A stretch of 64,000 nt of DNA from Dictyostelium discoideum (GCA_000004695.1 CM000150.2:4576001-4640000); one strand, 5' to 3'; positions 28,401-44,442 are shown, counted from the first letter of the stretch. Translations and numbers: made by a program. The notes: a model not told the origin generated them from the sequence alone.

Positions 28401-28757
28401 AATTGAAAAAAAGAAAAAAATTGACCTTAGGGATAAAATCATTTTATTTTATTTTATTTTATTTTATTAAGAAAAAATATTTTTGATGAGAATAAAATTA
28501 AAAATTGCCTTTTAAAAAAAAAAAAAAAAAAAAAATAGTAAAAAAAAAAAAAAAAAAAGAAGAAAAAAAAAAAAAAGTGGAGAAAAAAAAAAAAAAACCA
28601 AGATATTTTCATTCCCTGTTCTTCAAGAAAAAAAATAAAAATAAAAATAAAAAATTTAGACTCTCGTTTTTTTTTTTTGTTCTTTTGTTTTTTTTTTGTT
28701 TTTTTTTTTAAACAGATAAAAAATTAATTAATTGTAATAATTTATTAATTTTTTTTT

Positions 28758-29654
28758 TTAAATTGAATTTGTTGCAGAAAATGATGGATAAGACGAATTT
28801 GAAAGGATTGCGCCAGTATTATTAAAATTTTCAGAATTTATTGATTCTTCTTTAAAGAAATCACTATTTTTTTCTTGTTTTTCTTGTTTTTGTTTTTCTT
28901 GTTTTTCTTGTTTTTGTTTTTCTTTTTCATGTTGTTTTTTCAATTTATTATAATCAACACCACCTTCTTCTAAATTTTGATTTTTAGAATTTTTACTGAC
29001 ATCGAAAAATGGTTTAACTTGATTTAAAATCTTTGAAGTATATCTTAAAGATAATATTGATGATAGGATTGTAAAAGTTGCAGTTAAAAAACTAACACCC
29101 AAAGTTGCATATAAATTTCTATATTCACATTCCATATCATACCCAGTATCTTGTTGATCAGTAACAAGTTCACAAATTTTCTTTGAATCTTTAACAATTA
29201 TTGAATCATAAATTGATATATAGAAACCACCAACTCCAAGTGCAAATAAAAATAATGTTATTAACCAATAGTTTATTTTTGATTTTTTAATAATTGTTGA
29301 TATTAATAAAATTAAATCAATTATAATTATAAAACATATAATTATTCTTTGAATACTACTCCTATCTGCCCAAGCACATTCCGTTGTTAATACAGGTTTA
29401 TCATTATTATATGCTACTATTTTACTTGGTGATAATTTATATGAACATAAATCTTCTTTTTTTTTTTTTTTTTTTTTTTATTTTTTTTTTTTTTTGGTGT
29501 GAGTATTTTTATTTTTATTTTTTTATTTGTATTTTTAAAAAACACAATTACCTGTAACATTTGAAGAAATTTGAGAAAAAGATAATACTAATAAAGCGAT
29601 AACACTTAAAAAATTGAATAAATATAAAGTAATTATTAAAGATTTTAAGAGCAT
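28758..29654 (-). CDS. Tetraspan membrane protein, family member A, 2 exons: complement(join(28758..29455,29552..29654)), about 267 aa
   Basis: Exon 1 is a signal/TM1 (MLLKSLIITLYLFNFLSVIALLVLSF) ending at the G|GTAATT donor. The AAAG acceptor at 29456 continues in phase 1 into DLCSYKLSPSKIVAYNNDKPVLTTECAWADRSS. This is followed by three more TM helices and a charged (KQEKQEKQ) tail. The protein is paralogous to B, C and D. Confidence 0.55.
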
Positions 29655-29943
29655 TTTCTTCTTTTTATTTTTAAATAAAAGAAACAAAAAATTGATATTT
29701 ATTTTTAATTTTTTTTTTTTTTTTTTTTTTTTACAAAAAAAAAAAAAAAAATCTTGGAGCTTTGAGAAAAACAACACAAAAATTAGAAGAAAAAAAAAAA
29801 AATTAGGCTCGATCTGAAAAGATTAAGCAGATCTACTTTTAAAAAAAAAAATACAAATAGATATCAAAAAAAAAAATATATATATATATACAAATATGAT
29901 TTTTATTTTATTATTTATTTTATTTTTTTAAAAATTTTTTTTT

Positions 29944-30819
<876 letters not shown>

Positions 30820-31268
30820 TTTATTTATAATATTTATATATGTTTATTATTTAAATAGTTGGGCGTTTATTTATTTATTATTTGTATTTATTTTCAAACA
30901 AAAATAAAATATAAAAAATTGATCATAAAAAATATCTTTTCCTTTTTTTTTTTTTTTTTTTTTTTTTGCCACTGCGTAATTTTATTGTTTTTTCAAGTGG
31001 ATTTCGATTTTTTTTTGCCAAAGTTTTTTCTTTTTTTTATTTTTATTTTTAGTTTTTGTTTTAGAATTCTGTTTATTCTTTTTTTTTTTTTTTTTTTTTG
31101 CCAGAGTTTTGTTCTTTTTTTTATTTTTATTTTTAGTTTTAGAATTTATTTTTTATTTTTTTTATTTTTTAAAAAAAAAAAAAATGAGTTATATACAATG
31201 GATTTTATTTTAATCAATTTTAAATTGATTCTTAAATAGGCGATGAGATTTATAAACGATAAAATATT

Positions 31269-31305
<37 letters not shown>

Positions 31306-32218
31306 TTAAATTGAATTTGAAGAAGAAGAAATGATTGGAGTTTTTTCTTCATCTTTTGCTTCATCATGATCGTGATGATGGTGATGATGATGATTGTCAC
31401 CATTGAAAATTCTTGATCTATATTTAAGTGCTAAAATTGAAGATAATAACATGAATAATGATGAACCAAAATTTAATGCAACAGTGCCATAGAAATATTT
31501 TAATTGACATTGACTACCCTCTAAAACCATATCAAAATTGGTATCATCGCAATAACTCTTTGTATTCTTAATAGCAAGACCATCAATAACTGATGAATAT
31601 CCACCAAATCCACCTATAACAAATAATAAAACAATTGCCTATATATTTATTTATTTATTTATTAAAAAAAGAGAAATAAATTAGTATATACTAATAAACA
31701 CTACTATTATTAATTGAAATGAGGGGAGAGAGACAGGGAGAGAAATAGAGAAAAGAATTTATATATATAAAAAAAAAAAAAAAAAAAAACATACAAATAT
31801 AAAAGAAAATCTCTTTGCTTTAAACATGAATACTATCAAACATATGATTGCAATAAAACCTAAACAATCAATTAATATTCTAATAGCACTTTGCTTTTCA
31901 GACCATGGACACATGGCATATGTTGAACCACTCTCTATTCTAATTGGTGTTACAACATCTTGTTCGCTACATAAACTTTCACTTAAACTTCCATTGGTTG
32001 AAAATCTAGCTTGTGTAAAACTAAATCCTAATACTGCTATTGTCAATATCTAAAACCATTTTTAATTGCAATAAGTATTAGTATTTTTTGTTTTATTTTT
32101 TTTATTTTTATTTATTATCCTTATTCTTCATTAGTGATACGTGATTTTAATCATTCTTGTTCTTGTTGATACATACTATATTTAAAAGTAAAACAACCAT
32201 TAATTTTGCTTTTGACAT
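31306..32218 (-). CDS. Tetraspan membrane protein, family member C, 3 exons: complement(join(31306..31638,31795..32049,32177..32218)), about 209 aa
   Basis: Exon 1 is MSKAKLMVVLLLNI followed by GTATGT. Exon 2 begins ILTIAVLGFSFTQARFSTNG (compare B: ILTLIFSFTQVTDSTNG) and ends at KAKRFSFIF|GTATGT. Exon 3 is AIVLLFVIGGFGGYSS...ECQ...HHHHHHHDHDE. All junctions are phase 0. Confidence 0.5.
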
Positions 32219-33097
32219 TTTTATATTTGTTAATTTCTTTTTATTTTTTTTATATGTGGTGTGTATGTGATTTTAATAAATTATTTTTCTTTTTAAGTGC
32301 CCTCAACAAAAATAAAAATATAAAAAACAAAAATAAAAAAATCAAAAAAAAATATTTAGCGACTTTTTTTTTTTTTTTATTTTTTTATTTTTTTTATTTT
32401 TTTATTTTTAATAAAAAAATTAAGATTTTCACTATTTTGGTCAAAACAAGACCTTGTTAATTTAAGTCGAAAACTTAAATTTTGATATCCCATTTTAATT
32501 TTTTTTTTTGAATTTTTTTTTTAATTATTAAAGTAATTAAACTTTTATTTAACTTACCCAATCATTTTTGTTAATATATTTTTATTTTTATTTTTATTTT
32601 TTTTTTTTTTAATCATTATTATTATTTTATCATTTTATTATTTTAAAAATTGTTATTATTATTTTTTTTTTTTTTTACCTTCACTAATTATTGTAATTTA
32701 GAAAAAAAAAAAAAAAGGTTTAAAAAAAATAAATATAAAAATAAAAATAAAAATAAAAATAAAAATAAAAATAAATTTAAAAAAAACATTGTAAACTAAC
32801 AAACTTTGTTAAATAAATAAACCTCATTTATCATTTTTTTTGTAAAATGATCTTTTTACTTTTTAAAAATAAAGTCAATAATTATTAAAATAAATAAAAA
32901 TAAAAAAAAAAATTAAAAAAAATAAAATTAAAAAATTAATTTTTTCATTTTCATTCGTTCGTTCAATACCGATCATTAGAATAGTTTATTTCTCTTTTTC
33001 TAATATGAATAATAACCACCTATACCATAATAAGAAACGGTAGTATTGGGGTTTTAATAATTCATTTCATAATTGTTTAAAATTAATAATATACAAT

Positions 33098-33134
<37 letters not shown>

Positions 33135-33159
33135 CACAATAAAAAAAAAGATTTTACTA

Positions 33160-33250
33160 TAAACACACTCATCAACACGAATACACACCACACCGCACAC
33201 ACACCACACACCACACACCACACCGCATAGACACACACACCAAATACATG
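33160..33250. repeat. CA/AC-rich low-complexity island ((CACAC/CACCG)n) in an otherwise AT-rich intergenic region
   Basis: The sequence is 'acacactcatcaacacgaatacacaccacaccgcacacacaccacacaccacacaccacaccgcatagacacacacacc'. Its reverse-complement counterpart, a GT-rich island, lies at 231..300. Confidence 0.6.
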
Positions 33251-34084
33251 TATACAATTGTATATCTTTATTATATAATTTTATTTTAATTTTTTTTTTT
33301 AGTTCTTTTACTTTTTTTAAAAACCATAAAGAAAAAAAAAAAAAATTATTACATTTTTAAAATAAATATATATATATAAAGATATAAAATAATTATTATC
33401 CAATGGATTGTAGATCAAATTCAATTAAATCTATTAAAGTATATAAATTATAATAAGTTTTTACTTTTAAACAAGGTAAAGTAAATTATTTAATTTTATA
33501 TAAAAATTAATAAATAAAATGAAATGAAATGAAATAAAATTATAAAAATTATCTATATATAATTTAAAGATATAAATTTTTTTAAAAGTGAAAATATTAT
33601 TTAATTTATTATTTTTTTTGTATAATATTTTTATATAAAATTTTTTTTTTTTTTTTGATTTTAAAAATTAAATCAATATATATATCTTTTTATTTTTTTA
33701 TTTTTTCATTTTTATTTTTTTTTATAGTGTGATATATTTGTAAAATAAATATTTTATAAATTTTCTTTATTGTTTATCAAAAAACAAATAAAAAAATCAA
33801 AATAAAAAATAACTTGTTGTATTATTATCCATATTGATCAAAAAAAAAAAAAAAAAAAATCAAAAAAATAATCTTAAATAATAATATATAATATAAAAAA
33901 AAAAAAAATAAAAATAATTACGTTTAAAAAATTTAAAATTTCCTGTAGTAATAATATTATTAAATTGTTGTATAATTAAAAAAAAAAAAAAAAACATTGT
34001 ATATTATTAATTTTGGAAATAAATAAAAATAAAAATAAAAATAAAAATAAAAATAAAAATAAAAATAAAATAAAATAAAATAAA

Positions 34085-35533
34085 ATGATAGTAAATCAAG
34101 CATTAATTGAATTAACAAAACAAGTTGCAGTTGCGGTTGAAGAAATTAAATTTTCACCCAACTCAACTAGTAATAATTCAACACCAACAAATAATAAATT
34201 AAAATCATCATCGTCATCAATTTCAAATTGTGATTCGCCATCATCAAAATCGAAATCGAATAGTTCAACTTCAACCCCAACATCACAACCACAAACACCA
34301 TCACAATTACCACAACAAGCACAACAACAAGCACAACAACAACATTATTCAGCAAATTCAATGAATCCGTATTATGCACAACAAGTTTTATTACAATTAC
34401 AAAAACCATCAACATTTGTAAAACACGTTCATGTCGTTGTAAAGAATACACCATTTGGAATTACATTAAGATCTAAAGAACCATTACAATTTAATTTTCA
34501 AAATTATGTTATAAAAGCCACCCTACTCTATGATAGTGACCCACCAAAAATGGTTGATTTCATTCATAATGAGCCATTACAATATGTTGCAACGGTATCT
34601 GAAGATGGGTCAGAGGTTTGTGTTGATGTTAAAGTTGGTATTTTGTCAAGTCAACATCAAGGATCAATGTTTTTAGTTGTATTACATATTAGTCATTGCT
34701 CAGCACCAACACCATCAAATAGTGAACCAATTAGTACAATTCTAACAAATATTGGTAATAACTCTATACACAGTTTAAACGTTACAAATATTTGTGTTGT
34801 ATCACATCCAATTAGAATTGTTTCAAAATTAGATCACGTTAAAAAAGAAGGTATACCAATTTTAAAGAAAAGAACATTTCACGAAATTTTAACTGATAAA
34901 TTAAAAAAATTACAAAAATCACAAGATAGTCAAAGTAAATGGATTAAAAATCTATATCAACAACATGGTGCTCAATATGATATGGAACCTTATAATAGTA
35001 CTTTACATTCTCAAAAAACTGATTCACTCTGTTCTTCTTCAACTTCCACACCATCATTTAATTCAACCTCCTCCTCCTCAAAGAATCAATCCCAATCAAT
35101 TAAAAATGAAGAAGAAGAAGATGGTGGTGAAGACGAAGAAGAAGAAGGAGGCGAAGATAATGATAATGAAAGTGAATCAAGTAATACCAATAGTACACAA
35201 TTAATTGGGAAAAAAAGTATAAATAAATTACCAATTTCAACAACAACTTCATCTTCAAATTTTAATAATTTAATGGTTAATAATAATATAAATAATAATA
35301 ATAATAATAATAATAATAATCATTTAATTCAAAATACAACTTTTTCATCAACTAGTCATTTTCAAAATTCTTTTAATAGAGTAGTTGAAGTTTATAATTT
35401 AATTCCAGAATATGAAAGAGTTGAAGTTATTAGAAAAATGGTTCAACAATTAAAATCTTATGATTTAGAACAATTGGTTTCAACATTTATTGATGAATTA
35501 AAATGTGGTTATGAATCAACTATAATTTCTTAA
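34085..35533 (+). CDS. Ser/Gln/Asn-rich protein of unknown function (482 aa, single exon), with an acidic E/D-rich block
   Basis: This is a clean ORF from ATG 34085. It has low-complexity N- and C-terminal regions, a central region of about 200 aa that is not low-complexity, and a C-terminal helical segment (VEVYNLIPEYERVEVIRKMVQQLKSYDLEQLVSTFIDELKCGYE). Confidence 0.45.
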   Translation: MIVNQALIELTKQVAVAVEEIKFSPNSTSNNSTPTNNKLKSSSSSISNCDSPSSKSKSNSSTSTPTSQPQTPSQLPQQAQQQAQQQHYSANSMNPYYAQQVLLQLQKPSTFVKHVHVVVKNTPFGITLRSKEPLQFNFQNYVIKATLLYDSDPPKMVDFIHNEPLQYVATVSEDGSEVCVDVKVGILSSQHQGSMFLVVLHISHCSAPTPSNSEPISTILTNIGNNSIHSLNVTNICVVSHPIRIVSKLDHVKKEGIPILKKRTFHEILTDKLKKLQKSQDSQSKWIKNLYQQHGAQYDMEPYNSTLHSQKTDSLCSSSTSTPSFNSTSSSSKNQSQSIKNEEEEDGGEDEEEEGGEDNDNESESSNTNSTQLIGKKSINKLPISTTTSSSNFNNLMVNNNINNNNNNNNNNHLIQNTTFSSTSHFQNSFNRVVEVYNLIPEYERVEVIRKMVQQLKSYDLEQLVSTFIDELKCGYESTIIS

Positions 35534-35668
35534 TAAAAATAAAATGTAATAAAAAAAAAAAATAAAATGTAATAAAAAAAAATAAAATAAAATTATAATT
35601 TTTTTTTTTTTTTTAAATAAATAAATAAATAAATAAATTTTTTTTTTTTATTATTTTAAAAAATAATT

Positions 35669-37378
35669 TTATTTATCAAATCGTAAATAAATTATAATAC
35701 TTTTATCACCATTACTAAAATTACCATCTTTAAAATTATTAAAATAATTTAAAATTTTTTTTTTAAAAATTAATTTTCTATTATAATATTTTTCATCTAA
35801 AGTTAAAGTAAATTCTTTTAAAGTTGAGTGAGAATTTTTTGAAAGTTGTTCTAATTTTTTAATATATTTTAAAGAATCATCAAATTGACATTCATTAATT
35901 TCTAATTCAATTGAATATAAACTTAAATTATTATGATTTTTTAATAATGGATTAAATATTGAAGAGACAAAACCTAATACAGTGAATTTGAAATGTTTAA
36001 TAGTTGAATTGATTGAGAAAACAGTTGAAAAGAAATAATCAGTAAATTGATCAAGTAATGGTGAAATTATTGAATCATCTATTAAGCTATCTAAATTTCT
36101 ACCTTTAGTTTTGAAAATTAAAGCTTTAATTGTTTTATTTCTAATTAAATTTGAATATGTTGATGTGAATTCAGTGAAATCAATATTTGTAAATTTTAAA
36201 TAATGTAATTGCGGTGGTGGACCGTCAAAAAGTGATTTAATACCATAGGATAGTTGAATCATTGATTCTCGAATAGAGGATGTATTATTTTTATCAATAC
36301 CATCATACATGCAATGTGGACCACGGAAACAGAAATTCTTTATCGTCATATTTTTTAACTGTTTGCAAGTATTTATTGAATTTATCATTGTTTCCCAATG
36401 GTTTTTAATTGTTTTAATTGTAGATTCATTTAAACCACCGAAATGATTACAACCATTATCATTGATACTTGAATAATTTCCACTTTCAGCTCTGATCATA
36501 TCATGAAATAAAATTGAACATGATAATGTATGAAGATTTGATAATTTATTTATATTTACCATATGATATGGTTCAACATGGTCAGTTCTATCAATTTGAA
36601 TCGATTCAATTCTTGGATTAATTATTTCATTAAAAAATGGTGAATAATTCATATGACAATATGCATCTTGATAATCATTACCATTTGGATTATATTTAAT
36701 TGAAAGTGGTTTAATTTTTTCAATAATATCTTCAAATGCATTTGGATTATTTTCACTTGTACCAACCATTGTTAATTTATTAATTTCAATATCTTTTAAA
36801 TAATAATCATCTGGTATACGATTTTCTTCATTATCATTTATAATTTTAAATAAATTATTTTCATTTTTATTTTCATGTTGTAGTTGTAGTTGTTGTTGTT
36901 GATTTTCTAAATTAATATTTAAAATTGAAAATTTTCCATTTATTTTTAATTTAAAATTTTTTTTTCCAGTTTTATTTGAAAAATAAAAATATTTTAATTT
37001 TTCATCAGAAATTGATTGAATTGGTTGTTGTTGTTGTTGTTTAATATTATTTGAAATTAAATTTGAAATATTATTAAACCATTTCTTTGATACTAATGAT
37101 ATTTCAATAATTTCATCAATAAAATAATATAAATTTTTAATTGTATATCCAAAATTATCTTTAAAATTATTTGTTCTTTTTTTATCAAAAATTAATAAAT
37201 AATTAATTATTGATTTTATAATTTCAAAATCCAAATAATCTGGAAATATTTTCTTATTTTCATTAAAATTATTATTATTATTTAGTTTTTGTTTTTTAAA
37301 TTGTTGAATTGGTAAATTTGTTGTAGTGGTTGTTGTTGTAGTTTTAGTTGATTGAGTTGTTGTTTGTGTAATTACCAT
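35669..37378 (-). CDS. F-box domain-containing protein (569 aa, single exon)
   Basis: The segment 'IFPDYLDFEIIKSIINYLL...EIIEISLVSKKWFNNISNLI' fits the F-box consensus (LPxEIlxxIfxxL...VcKrWxxli). The N-terminus is a poly-Thr low-complexity region. Confidence 0.5.
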   Translation of the reverse strand: MVITQTTTQSTKTTTTTTTTNLPIQQFKKQKLNNNNNFNENKKIFPDYLDFEIIKSIINYLLIFDKKRTNNFKDNFGYTIKNLYYFIDEIIEISLVSKKWFNNISNLISNNIKQQQQQPIQSISDEKLKYFYFSNKTGKKNFKLKINGKFSILNINLENQQQQLQLQHENKNENNLFKIINDNEENRIPDDYYLKDIEINKLTMVGTSENNPNAFEDIIEKIKPLSIKYNPNGNDYQDAYCHMNYSPFFNEIINPRIESIQIDRTDHVEPYHMVNINKLSNLHTLSCSILFHDMIRAESGNYSSINDNGCNHFGGLNESTIKTIKNHWETMINSINTCKQLKNMTIKNFCFRGPHCMYDGIDKNNTSSIRESMIQLSYGIKSLFDGPPPQLHYLKFTNIDFTEFTSTYSNLIRNKTIKALIFKTKGRNLDSLIDDSIISPLLDQFTDYFFSTVFSINSTIKHFKFTVLGFVSSIFNPLLKNHNNLSLYSIELEINECQFDDSLKYIKKLEQLSKNSHSTLKEFTLTLDEKYYNRKLIFKKKILNYFNNFKDGNFSNGDKSIIIYLRFDK

Positions 37379-37948
37379 TTTTTTTAATTTTATTTTTATT
37401 TTTTATTTTTATCAGTTTATTTAAAAAATTAAAATGATAAAATAATTTTATAATTTGCTCATGTTTAATTTCTTTTTTTTTTTTTTTTTAATTTTATTTT
37501 AATTTTAATTTTAATTTTTTTTTTTTTTTTTTTTTTTTTACACTTAAACAATAAAAAACCATGGTTGTGGTAGTGTTTCGTGTGTGTTGTTTGAATAAAA
37601 AAAAAAAAAAAAAAACCGAGTGTCTCTTTGATTTTAAAAAGTATAAATATAAAAAAAATAGGAGAACATTATAAAAAAATAAATTAAAAAAAAAAAAAAA
37701 AATTTAAATAAAAAATAAAAAGATCTGGGGGAATGAAAAGACAAACGTTTTTTTTATTTTTTTTTTTTTTTATTTTTTTTTTATTTCTTTTTTATTTTTT
37801 TTTTTATTTTTTTTATTTTTTTTTTGAATTTCAAAGCAACAATTTTATTTTCCCTTCAAAAACCAATCAGTCTTCAAATACGCATATGCCCATTTTTTAT
37901 TTTTTTATTTGAAAAATTAATTTTTTATTTTAATTTAATATTTATTTT

Positions 37949-37979
<31 letters not shown>

Positions 37980-38350
37980 GGGAAAATATCTATCGAGATA
38001 TCATTCCAAATTTAGATTAATCTAAAAATCATCCCACAAATTGATGAGTATAATTTTGACCTTGTTGATAGTAATAATCTTTGAAAATTCAATTAACAAT
38101 CAAACTCTTAACTTTTTTTTTTTTTTTTTTTTTTTAGTTTTAAAGAAAAACAAACAAATAAAAAAAAAAAAAAAACCATTTTTTCAGTTTAAACATTCCT
38201 TTTCCTACAAACACAAACAACTTTTTTTTTTTTTTTTTTTAATTTCTTTTTTTCAAAACTATTTTCTTTATTTCTTTTTTTTTTTAATTTGTTTTTTTTA
38301 TTTTTTGGAATTGAAAAAATTGCATTAGTGATTGGAAAAAAGTGTATAGG

Positions 38351-38382
<32 letters not shown>

Positions 38383-38753
38383 GAAAAAAAATTTAAAAAT
38401 AAAAATTAAATGAAAAAAAGATTTTTTAATTTACAATTCAAATAATTGTGAAGAAAAGGCATGTGATCAAAAAGTGTGAATTAATTTTTAATTTTTTAAT
38501 TTTTTTTTTATTTTTTTAATTTTTTTTTTTTTATTATATAAATAAAAAAAAAAAAAAAAAAAAAAATAAATACCACAAAAACATACACTATTTATTTTTA
38601 TTCTTAATTTTTTTAAATAAAAAAAAAAAAACACATAAAACACATAAAACACATATACAACATAAAAATAAAATTACCCAAAAAAAAAGAAATTTTTTTC
38701 TTTATAAAATTAAAATAAAGAAAAAAAAAAAAAAAAAAAAATAAAAAAAAAAG

Positions 38754-39368
38754 ATGCAAAAACCAAAAGTTTTAAAATTTATCTATAGTTTTATTCTTAG
38801 GCTTTCACTAATTGTTTTAGGTTTATCATTTTCTCAAATTACAAATAAATATAAAGGACAATCATATGGTACAATTGGTAAATATTTTTTTTTTTTTTTT
38901 TTCATTTTTCTCTAGACAAAAAGAAAAATAATAAATTTAATCATTAATATAAATAAAAATCTAAAGAGATCACTAAGAGTTATGTAGATACAATTTGTTT
39001 ATACTCAGAAGCTGTACCATATACTCAAACATTTCTCTTTTATGCAACTGAATGGCAACGTATCAACACAACAGATTCATCATCATCAAATACAACAACA
39101 CCAAACAACAATTCAACAGATAGTCAAACAACACCAACTACAAATGATGGTTGGGGAAATGTTGTTGTGGGAGTGGAAGAAGGTTTTGTGGAATGTGCTT
39201 GGAGAAATAGAAATTCAGTATTAAGAGTTATTGTACACATTCTTTCAATTTTATCATGTGTAATTGCTTTAACCTTAATTAAAAAACAAAAATTAAATCC
39301 ATTTTTAGTTGTAAGTATAGATAGATCCTATTTTATTATTTTCAAATACAACATATGGTTTGTATGTT

Positions 39369-39405
<37 letters not shown>

Positions 39406-39947
39406 TATATTTTGTATTTTAGAATGCATATTTAATGACAATTATAGGTATGGCTGGAATTTATTCTGGTGTAGTTGATAGTATTGGAGTTAAAAGAGCA
39501 TATGATTTTTGTATGACATTAAGTCCATTTTATAGTTCAGATTGTTATTATAAAGCATTTAATTGTACAGTTGTATTGAATTTCTTATGTTCTGCATTCT
39601 TATTCATTTGTGCAGTTTTATCAAGTAGATTTAGATATATACTTTTTAATGAAAGTGGTGATGTAAATAATAATAATACTAATAATAATAGTAGCAATAG
39701 CAATAGCAATAGCAATAGCAATAGAAATCCATCAAATACAAGAAATAGAGAAGTTGATATTGAAAATAATGCATCATCACCAAATAATATTGAATTGAAA
39801 CCACCAAAACCTTCAAAACCTTCAAAACCATCCAAAAATAATAGAGATCATTCAATTTTAGAAGAGGAAGTTGATTTTGAAAATAATGGAACTATTTTAA
39901 CTACAAATGATCAATACATAACCTCAAATAATGATAGAGATTTATAA
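38754..39947 (+). CDS. Tetraspan membrane protein, family member D, 3 exons: join(38754..38877,38979..39310,39423..39947), about 326 aa
   Basis: Exon 1 is a signal/TM1 (MQKPKVLKFIYSFILRLSLIVLGLSFSQ) ending at G|GTAAAT. Exon 2 is EYVDTICLYSEAVPY...ECAWRNRNSVLRVIVHILSILSCVIALTLIKKQK, which aligns to A/B/C, and ends at the GTAAGT donor at 39311. Intron 2 contains (AT)n. Exon 3 is NAYLMTIIGMAGIYSGVVD...C...C... plus an N/S-rich tail. Confidence 0.5.
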
Positions 39948-40747
39948 ATTCTTTTATTTTTTTTTTTTCTCTATTTTTTTTTTTTTTTTTTCATAATTTC
40001 TTCAATTCCCCAAAACTGTTTTAAAAATATATTTTTTGTATTAAAATTTTAAAAAATATTACAGTACCTATCTATTCATTTATTATTTTTGTAAAATTAA
40101 AGAAAAAAAAAAAAAGAAAGAAAAATAAAAAATAAAATTAATATTAAAAAATTAATTATAATTTCCAAGTTATAATTTAAAATAATTTTAAAAAGAAAAC
40201 AGATTTTAAAAAGAAATTCAATCTTCCAATTTATAAGAAAATTAAATTTAAATTACCTATCCACAACCATTATTATGGCTAAAAATCTTTTTTTTTTTTT
40301 TTTTTTTTTTTATATTCTTCTTTTTTTTTTATCATTTAATTTATTTTCAAACTGTTTAATTGTCCTACTAATCATGTTAGAATCTCCCCAAAAAAAATTT
40401 TTCAACCAAAGAACAAACCAAATTTCCCTATTATTTTTATTTTTTTATTTTAAAATCACCCCTTTTTTTGAGTTTTTTTTATTTTTTAAATTTTTTAAAA
40501 CAGATTAATTATATTGTAGTTTAAAAAAAAAAAATATTTTTTATATTAATATTAAATTAATCAAACTATCCATAAATTTGGTAAAATTTAATTTAAAAAA
40601 AATAAAATTTTAAAAAATAAAAATAAAAAATGATAAAAATAAAAAATGACAAAAAAAAAAAAAAAATCATTTTATTTTGTTTTTTTTTTTTTTTTTTTGG
40701 GATCTTATTATTGAAATAAACACACAAATAAAATAAAGAATAATAGA

Positions 40748-42103
<1,356 letters not shown>

Positions 42104-42382
42104 AAAAAAATAAAATAAAAAATAAATAAAATAAAAATATTTAAGGAAGAATAAAAAGATATCTTTGATTTGTAAATATTTGTTTAATAAACAATAGTTT
42201 TTAAATCTTTATTTTGTTTTTTTAAATTTTAAATTTTAAATTTTAAATTTTAATTAGAACTATATGCAAATAACATTAAAATAAATATGGTGATACCGGA
42301 AAAAAAAATTTTTTTTAGATAATTTTATATTTAGATTTTTATTGTTAAAAATAATTATTTAAATAATTTTGTTATTACATTT

Positions 42383-43679
42383 TTATTCAATTTTTTTTGG
42401 TTTATATTTATTATGAGTATTGGATTTATTATTAGTTGGGTAACTATTTTTATAAAAAGCACCAAATAATACCAAAAATCCCAACATATAAACTATCATA
42501 CACCAATGCATGAACTTAATAAAGTTACAATCATAATAGATACTATATGCTGATGCACTTAAATTTACCTAACAATTTTTTAAAAAAAGAAATAAAAAAA
42601 ATAATAAGTTAGATCATATATGCATAAACCAATGTATTATTATTATTATTGTTTTTTTTTTGTATATTTACAGCAAATTGGATTAATTGAATTTGAGTTA
42701 AATATTTCTTCCACCAAACATTAATACCAAATAATGCTAAAGTGTAATAACTGTACATAATGGTATGAATAATAGAATTAACCATTGCTGATAAAAAGCT
42801 ATCACCACCACCTACATATGATAGATCTAACCACCATAGGATTGGCATTGTAGAATGATGCCACACATGTCTATGAAAATGCAAAGTTTGTTAGTTTATG
42901 AATAAAATAAAATAATAAATAATAAATAATAAATAATAAATAAAATACTTACAAAACTTTATTATTAAATTTAAAAAAAAAAAATTTATGATAATAAAAA
43001 AATTATTAATAATTTAAAATAAAAAAAAATAAAATTAAATTAAAAATTATTCTAAAGTACTTACATGTGATTTGATTATCTTTTTTTCTTAAAACCATAA
43101 AAAATGTATCCATAAATTCAATAAACTTTGAGAAATAGAATAACCATAATACTTTAGCCATCTATATTAAAAAAAATTTTAAATAATTAATTTATTTTGT
43201 TTGGTTTTTTTTTTTTTTTCAATTTTTTAAGGATTAATAAATGAAAATAAATAATAAAAAAACATTATACATACACCAATTCCTTTTTCAGTATAATCAA
43301 CTGGGTTACATATTGGGGAATAATCATTTGAAATTGCTTGATGTGCAATTTCAATTGTCATATATAAACTTAATAATGTGCAAACTGCATTATGAATAAT
43401 TAATGGATATTTCAATTCAAATGGTTTTTTATTTTTCATTATCTTTTGACCTAATTTGACAATTATTACATATCCAATAATTAAATAGATCATTTCATTT
43501 GGTCTACTTAATAATGGCCAATTTAAAACTCTTTCATCTAATTTAATTAATATAAAAAAATAAGTATCAATGGATTGGTCCCCAAAAAAAAAAAAAAAAA
43601 TAAAAAAATTAAACTGACCTCTTCTTGATAAATAATATTCATATCTTTGAGATAAATAATTAAAATAATTATCGATCAT
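42383..43679 (-). pseudogene. ELO-family fatty acid elongase, inverted paralog of the upstream gene. Same 5-exon architecture, complement(join(42383..42568,42672..42870,43066..43161,43275..43537,43619..43679)), but the exon 3/exon 4 junction is out of frame
   Basis: All five exons are recognisable (MIDNYFNYLSQRYEYYLSRR; ERVLNWPLLSRPNEMIYLIIGY...; [32 protein letters not shown]; HVWHHSTMPILWW...HTIMYSYY...[15 protein letters not shown]; ...FMHWCMIVYMLGFLVLFGAFYKNSY..KPKKIE). Relative to the paralog there is +1 nt before the exon-3 donor (ACAT|GTAAGT vs ACT|GTAAGT) and -5 nt at the exon-4 acceptor. With canonical sites the frame is therefore lost. This is either a young pseudogene, or the gene uses alternative or non-canonical splice sites. 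Confidence 0.45.
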
Positions 43680-43898
43680 TTTTTATATAATATATATATT
43701 TTTTTAATTTTATTATGGTTGAAGGTTAACCGGATTGTAGTTTTTTATCTGCCCTTTAAAAAAAAGAAAAAAATAAAAGAAAAAAAAAAAAAAATAAAAA
43801 ATTAATAATAAAAAATTAAATTAAAAAAAAAAAGAAAACAAAAAAATATCGTGTGTCGCAAAGTTTTTTTTTGTAAATGGACCAAAATTATGGATCTT

Positions 43899-43933
<35 letters not shown>

Positions 43934-44199
43934 ATTTTTTTATTATCAATTTTTTTTTTTTAATAATATAATTTTTTAATTATCACAAATGAAGTTCAAA
44001 AAAAAAAAAAAATTAAAAAATTGTAGAAAAAATTAAAAGTATATGTAGTCAAATATTGATTTCTACAAATAATTAATTTCTTTTCTTTTATTTTTTTTTA
44101 AAAAAAAAAAAAGATAAAAATAAAAAAAAAATAAAAAATAAAAAATTTTCAAATAAAAATATCAACCCACTTTTTTTTATTTTTGTTTTTTTTTCATCA

Positions 44200-44232
<33 letters not shown>

Positions 44233-44270
44233 TTCCAAATATATTACTTAATTAACAAACGAAATTCATT

Positions 44271-44351
44271 ATGCCTCCAAAGTTTGGTTCATCAGCCCCT
44301 AAATGTGGCGTTTGTGCTAAAAGGTAACAATAAATAATAATAATAATAATG

Positions 44352-44442
<91 letters not shown>

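Noticed and set aside
32206-32460. ORFs in the 32.2-34.0 kb region
   Set aside because: The region is AT-rich low-complexity with no conserved frame. It was treated as the intergenic or promoter region between tetraspan gene C and the 34085 gene.
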